From Marsupella aquatica (taxonomy: Eukaryota > Plantae > Marchantiophyta), in the NCBI GenBank assembly GCA_973895155.1, contig OZ316896.1, positions 15,996,576-16,060,575 on the forward strand: a stretch of 64,000 bases of DNA, given 5' to 3'. The notes below the pieces were generated by a model. The model ran no database searches, had not been told where the DNA came from, and was given only the letters and a program-made list of their open reading frames with translations. A program made the position numbers and the translations under genes. This document shows, piece after piece, positions 57,870 through 64,000 of the stretch. Position 1 is the stretch's first letter. Each line of letters opens with the position of its first letter.

Positions 57870-60800
57870 GTTAACATGTGATCATTGTTTTTCACCATAC
57901 CAACTCTTAACAGATTTTAGACTATGGGTGTTCAGAGAGGTCACTGCAATTAAGAAAAGAGGTCAGAGAGGGACAGGTCAAGGTAGGTGGATAGATTAGC
58001 TCACAATTGAGGAGATCCAAGAGCAAGAAAAGAAATACCGTACAACTATTAGGATGGAGAGAAAGTTGGCAAGGAGATTTCAGCATTGCTTGCTGATGCT
58101 CATAGCTAAAGAACCAACTCTGAAAGAGATGTGTAGGGAGGCGATAAACAAGAAAGATATAATGAAATTTCAGACTTAAACTGAAACAAGGAGAGCCACC
58201 AATGGAGGAAAGGAACAAAGCTCCTTTGCCAGACACTATTTCTACATGGTGGTAGGCAGGTAGTAGATTGTCTTTAGACAAACGGTTTGGGTCCCAGTCT
58301 GAACACTCTATAGATAGATAAGCGACATGTTTGTTTTCCATGTTGGTCTGCATGTCTCACAATTCAAGTTCATTGCTCAGGTTTACTCAAAAGTAAAGAG
58401 TAGACTTGGAATATCTGGATCTATCCCTTGCGTTTTGGCAGAAGATAAAACTTGTGTGAAGAGGACAGTCAGGTGGCAACCTAAAGGTGATACACTTATT
58501 GGGTTTTGTGGAAAAGAATACAATCATAATTGTGGTGTTGGCCTGACAATAAAAGTGGGTGAGGGTGAAACTAGTTTCAACAACCTTGTGGAGGCCTTTG
58601 ACACTCATATTGTAGGGCACACCAAGCTAGGTGCATTATGGTAAATACTCTGTGTGAGAAGTTTCCTCGCCTGTGTGCCATGGCCATTGGTACATATATG
58701 TGCTCAGTTTGGTGTTGATTATGTTAGGGGGCAATGGACTGAATTGCAGTCAATGTGGGCTACTCATTGCTTGGAGGCTGTTGGACCCCTGTTGGGCCAT
58801 GCTAGTGATGGGACTCAAGAAGAAGGAAGTTAATGATAGATTATTACACTAGGAGAGGAATTCCAGGCCCTAGACAAAATCTCAGGTGGGAAGGATGGTT
58901 GCTAACCCACTCCATGACCACTGATGAAGCAATCTCTCATGCTTATGGGCTTCATGATCAGGATTTCATCCACAATGGGAAGAAACTTGTGAATCTACTG
59001 GTTTCAATCAAGAGGGTGATGAAATTAGGGGTATAAGTGGCTGCTTTTAGCCACATAAATCATGTATATGAATTGTATGATGTCAAAGATCATTCAATGA
59101 ATCATGAGGATGTCTTACGTTCAGACTGATAGCTAGGCAAAATTAGACCAATGCCCAACGACTTTGTAGTTGGAAAGTGATTAATACACTCCAATTGTTA
59201 CAAAATCGACCAGATGCTAGGCAAGATATGACTCTTGGCTCAGAAGTTTATTTTGGGAATATGTGCTGATTATGTGGATATTTTTCTTAATACAAGCTTG
59301 AGCTTGAGGCAAAGGATTGTTTTGTGTGGCAAAGTGGGGTTTTTTTTAGACTATGGTAAATGTGGTATTTCCATGGGAATCACTCTATAGGTGGTGGCAC
59401 ACAGCCAATAAGTTTTAAGCAAAATTGCATCCCTATGCAAATATTTCTTGATAATCAAATGTCTGTGCATTTTGTGTCAATGTTGATTAATATTCAATTC
59501 ATAGATCACTTCCCTGAGTTGTATGTGCCTTTGCATCTGAGTGGATCAGATAGCTGTGAAAAATATTTTTCAAAGTTGGAGGCATGAATGGCCACAAACA
59601 AAGCTATGACCTGGCTGAGTTGGTTGATTGTGCAACCTCTTTGAACTGGTTGGCAACAATGGACCTAAGTGAAGAAATAGTGGGAGTTGGTCAGTCACAA
59701 AAAACACAGAAATATTTGGATGAAACTTCATCCAGTCCCCTAGAAAAGTTAGTCAAACAGACTATACATGGATTGAAACTGATATAGATATTGTGAGGGC
59801 TCTATAGAAAGGCTTCTTGTTAGCCAAAGATGTTGCTACTACGGTTCAAATGAACCCTCTACATCTACCAGGAACACTACTTTGGTGGGATTCACCATGG
59901 AAAATAGAGGCAAAAGATGCACATCATGGAGGATGGTGTGATATCAATGTGGAATAGTTAGAAGTGGATAAGGATGCAACATTGGTGGATAGACCTAACC
60001 CCAGAGCTATAGTGAATAACCTACCTATTCCATAAGGTCCATTTACAGTAGCCGGGTCTTCCACTATAGCAATAGAGGAGGCAAATTTAGTAATCCATGA
60101 TGGGGTGCTTGAGGATGGGGTGCCTAATGTGAACATAGCTGGAGATAGTTGCCATGCTGTAATATCTGATATACTCACAGACTTGGTGTATGGTGAGTAT
60201 GCTGCCACAGTTTTTCCCACTGTGAGTTTTGAGGGCCAGATAATGTACAAAAGTACTCTAGTTAGTCAAATGGTAGAGAATCCCCACCTTAGCAAGGACC
60301 GCTTGACACGGGTGAAGCAAAGTCTTTACTTCAACAATTTGGTTGATAAACCAAAAGTGTGGGTGGATGCTCCAACTATGATGATGAGTGTTGGAAGTGA
60401 CTGTGGAGTATTTCTTGTGGATGAGACAGCACAGGGAAGAGTGACAAGAAACAGTGAGACCACATAGAAAGGTAAACAAAAGCAAAGGAGGCCCAATGGT
60501 TTGCCAGTTCTAGTTGTTTCAGTAACAAACAACCCCAATATGTGTGATGGATAGGGAGAGCTCAGACTATTCAACGAATATATGGAAACACAAGAGGGAG
60601 ATCACGATAACCAGTGGACTTTCTTGATAGGCCTGGTCCAGAAATTGCATGTCAAGTGTTCTTCAATTGGTTTACTCCAATTGGTAACAATAAGGAGAAA
60701 TTTAAGTACTCTGTATGTGATCCTCAATATATTGACTTGGACTCCGTTATATCAACAATCACCCTTGAAGTCAATCGCTTGCACCCAAAGGTCTCCAAAT

Positions 60801-61549
60801 TGCATCAAGATGATGCAATTGCATTGGATAACTTTGTAAAGAGCAAGATTGATTGATTGGGTAAGCATAATGTCATATTTGGTAAGTAATGTCTTAAATT
60901 GGCTTCTTAACTTTAACTTAATACAGAGAATGTTTGTTGAGGTCTAGTACCTGGTTTCTAATATCATCTAGTGCTCAGTTTTCTTTCTATGCAAACCAAT
61001 GTGACAGGACCCCAAACCCAGTAGTAACTTAGTGATGACTTATAATTGCGTATATAAGTAGAAAAACAAATAGGTGTAGCAAAAGTGTTTGGATCTTCAA
61101 ATTTGTCATTTTTGTTAGTTCTAATAAATTGATGCGACAACCGGAGGTCGGAGTTGAGAGGGGTGTCGAGCGATGATGGATGGAGCCATTGAGGGGGTAC
61201 AAGGAGGCTAAAAGGCATCCCAAGGACTTGGAGGCCAAGGTGTGGGCATCTCGGATGGGTAGGGGCTGGCCAAAGGCTCCACATAAGGCGCAAAACAGGA
61301 AGAATGACCAAAATATAGAAAACATTGAAACTTAAAACAGACGTTGCTACGCTAAATCTATTCCAAATATGGTCATGTTGGATTCATTTTGAAGCCCTGA
61401 ATGAGCCCCATGTGAAACTGGGGTTCCCTAGTTGATTTTAAGTATGTATCAAACAATGACATCTTGAGGGACCTCAATGCCCATAAAACGACAAAATTAG
61501 ACAATCTTGGAGTAGTGATGGTGGGAGGGCCCTTAGAAGGAAGGGGCTC

Positions 61550-61770
61550 CTACATTTTTCCTTCCTCACTTTGTAGTCTCCCACATATTCCTTTCCCATT
61601 CTCTAGTCTTCCATATTTTTCTTTCCTCACTCAATAGGGTCTCCCACATTTCCTTCCTCACTCCGTAGTCTCCCACATTTTTCTTCCTCACTTCGTAGTT
61701 CCCCACATTTTCCTTCCTCACTCCATAGTTTCCCACATTTTCCTTTCCTCACTCCGGGCCCCCCACACTT
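61550..61770. repeat. Pyrimidine-rich 30-bp minisatellite, ~7 degenerate copies
   Basis: Unit CCCACATTTTCCTTCCTCACTCCGTAGTCT. It lies downstream of the transposase fossil and may be subterminal. Confidence 0.85.
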
Positions 61771-62319
61771 TCTTCCTTTCTTTTTTCTTTTTTTCTCACT
61801 TGTGGGGTTCCCACTCATACCTAAACCCTAAATCATTTCCCTGTTGTGCTTGCTTTCAATGTGTGTACGGACCCTGCTTGTACAAACATCAGATTTTTGA
61901 CCATCTCAAAATCAAGAGTTTACGGGCTTGTTGGAAAGAGCTTGCCGAACTAAATCCAACGACGTGTCACATGATCCAAACGGAGTTAAGATGGTAAAGA
62001 TACGTTAGATTACATTTTGATGATAATTAATCGACGTTGGAGCCATACAGACATCTATACATCCAGCAGCCGAGGACCCCAATTTTTTCCCAGAAGTGAG
62101 GATTGCAGCAACAAAGCCGGGGACCCCGAAAGTGTATTTTGTGAAAGCTTTGCTGCAGGTGTCACTGACAAATGTCTATTTCATATTGGACGTTTTCTGT
62201 TTCCGTGTTATGTCTTTCCATGGTAAGGATTTGACATCTGGCTCAGGCGATAAACAATGCATCCTGGTTGTTGACATTTCTATTCTATTAAACCACACCT
62301 GCCCCTATAAAGGGCTACG

Positions 62320-62445
62320 GGTAACCGGTAGCTCTCATTCTAAAGAGTGTAAGTTCAGAAATGGGTTTTGAGTTCCACAAAAGGTAACCGGTAGCTCTCA
62401 TTCTAAAGAGTGTAAGTTCAGAAATGGATTTTGAGCTCCACAAAA
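62320..62445. repeat. Tandem duplication, 63 bp x2
   Basis: GGTAACCGGTAGCTCTCATTCTAAAGAG...CCACAAAA occurs twice with 2 mismatches. Confidence 0.93.
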
Positions 62446-63400
62446 AGTGCTGATTGCAAAACCTTTTTTTGGCAAGTACTCCTCAAAAGGTGCTAGTGTT
62501 ACACCTTTTATGGTGAATAATGAGACATGGAAGGAGGCTTTCATAGTGGCTGGTTTAACGATAAATGGCCATTCTAGAGCAGGGATTTTATTCTAAAGTG
62601 GAATACTTGTGTAATTAGGGCGTAGACAACTTCACTTTCTTGCACGATTTCTTCTTGCTAGGACATTGTTAGTTCTTTACCACTTTATGAACCCTGCCCA
62701 TTGGGCTTCGAATTGTTGAGGCGATTTTCTTTCTTGCGTGGCTTTTCGCAATGCTTGATCACCTTATTCACTGTCCCTCATTTCATTGCTTTTAGAATAT
62801 CAATCAACTTGCTATCCTCCTAACCTGAGTTGGCGAAAGACTGGGTCGAGACAGGCGCCACTGATGATAGGGCATTAGAAGTGGATCCAAATCTCTAATC
62901 ACTTTGGCTTCCTACAAGTTGACATAGAAGCCCATGAGGATTCCTTGGGATAAGCGGATTCAGGGACATCGTTTCGATAGTTAAGAAAATGCCACTAGGT
63001 CTACTTGACCTCAAATCTTTCTACAGATATCATAATCCAGGCATTGAAGACTCCCAAAACACATCAGAACTCAAATTCATATCTACGATCAGTCGGGATC
63101 ACCACTGAGCCTCCGTACTCATTAAAGTCACATGTACGCCGCCAGTCGAAGCATAAATCTCCTCCGACTCGATTTGTCCTTGGCAAACGAAATGAACCCA
63201 GAACCACAACTGTGTTCCAAGGAAAGTCTGCTCTTCCACATCCTTTCTTCTTTCACAAAACAATCACTGATCAGTGATTGAAACAATGCCCTACCCTAGG
63301 CTTGGAAACTGTCTCCAAATGTAGGGAACTATCACCACGTGAGAAGAGTACATTTACAGTGCCGGAGCGGCCATGCAACATATAGACCACCACAAAACGT

Positions 63401-63610
63401 CCTCCGATACCCTTCTTGCAGGCTCAGTATCGGAAAAGAATTACAACCTGTCCCGACCAAGGTTGATTTCCTGCAACAAATTGACTTCTAGCTTGGCCGA
63501 GAACGACCTCCGATACCCTTCTTGCAGGCTCAGTATCGGAAAAGAATTACAACCTGTCCCGACCAAGGTCGATTTCCTGCAAGAAATTGACTTCTAGCTT
63601 GGCCGAGAAC
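63401..63610. repeat. Tandem duplication, ~104-bp unit x2
   Basis: CCTCCGATACCCTTCTTGCAGG...CTTGGCCGAGAAC at 63401-63504 and 63507-63610. Each unit has an 8-bp stem TCCGATAC/GTATCGGA. Confidence 0.93.
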
Positions 63611-64000
63611 ATATCTAACAATGGAATAATTAGCCGGATAGCGTTTTCATTCAAAGACTAGAAACGAAGTATCCCTAAAAATTGGAAGATCCTTGGAAGG
63701 GGCCAGCGGACGGAGTACACTATAGTCTGCTCCGACTGCCTTTCTTTGGTCCTCTGTTGATACTGCCTTTTCGCCAGATTGAATCATCTTCAAGAACAAA
63801 CTGTGCCTGCAAAGTAACGCACGCGTCAATGACCACCGGCAAGCTCGAAGAGAGCGTGATTCAGACAAAGAGAGTAGGTCGACGTCACAGATTTCCGATT
63901 TCCAAAGATTGCATTTGAGATCAAATGGAACGAAAAGACGGCATACCAACGAGTGTCTGATGTCAGCTCGGGATGGAAGGCAGTGGCGAGAAGATTTCCT

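Larger units (their letters stand above)
56060..60856 (+). pseudogene. Decayed P-element-superfamily-like DDE transposase gene with N-terminal C2H2-type zinc fingers, interrupted by a solo LTR (left boundary approximate)
   Basis: Across frameshifts: CCEC..HLITPKH and FCCEY..HCVGVNH fingers; PCVLAEDKT..WQPKGDTLIGFCG (D1, 58444); GHASDG[D]SRRRKLM (D2, 58807); HDQDFIHNGKKLVN (DxxH, 58962-58973); LHLSGSDSCEKYFSK (E, 59558); C-terminal YKSTLVSQ..LSKDRLTRVK. Confidence 0.7.

Noticed and set aside
54979-62058. Candidate TIR pair (GTATAGAT) for the P-like element
   Set aside because: Only an 8-bp match and the flanks show no target-site duplication. Element termini remain undefined.
62159-62226. Possible second DUF1664 exon (GVTDKCLFHIGRF after TGCAG)
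   Set aside because: Only faint similarity, it stops after ~22 codons, and no further DUF1664 motifs follow. Likely chance.

Overview
Eukaryotic land-plant nuclear DNA with GT-AG multi-exon genes, plant organellar proteins and TTTAGGG telo-boxes. A bryophyte or liverwort origin is my inference, not demonstrated. Six intact-looking genes: an RluA-family RNA pseudouridine synthase (+, 11 exons, one GC-AG intron), chloroplast SRP receptor cpFtsY (+, 11 exons), a sphingolipid fatty-acid 2-hydroxylase that still carries a fused N-terminal cytochrome b5 domain (+, 8 exons), an intronless ~704-aa protein with a long disordered N-terminus and a class I SAM-methyltransferase-like C-terminus (+), a DUF2358/NTF2-like plastid protein (-, 5 exons) and COA5/PET191 (+, 3 exons). 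An orphan first coding exon of a DUF1664-type gene sits just upstream of COA5. Mobile DNA: a decayed Ty1/copia element with only its 3' LTR in the window, a related solo LTR (5-bp TSD) inserted in a decayed P-element-like DDE transposase gene, a MULE-type MITE (9-bp TSD), a hAT-type MITE (8-bp TSD), two tRNA-derived SINE-like copies and a possible MULE transposase remnant. Short local tandem duplications are frequent, and there are two notable hairpins at the hydroxylase locus. All calls come from reading the sequence; no database searches were run.
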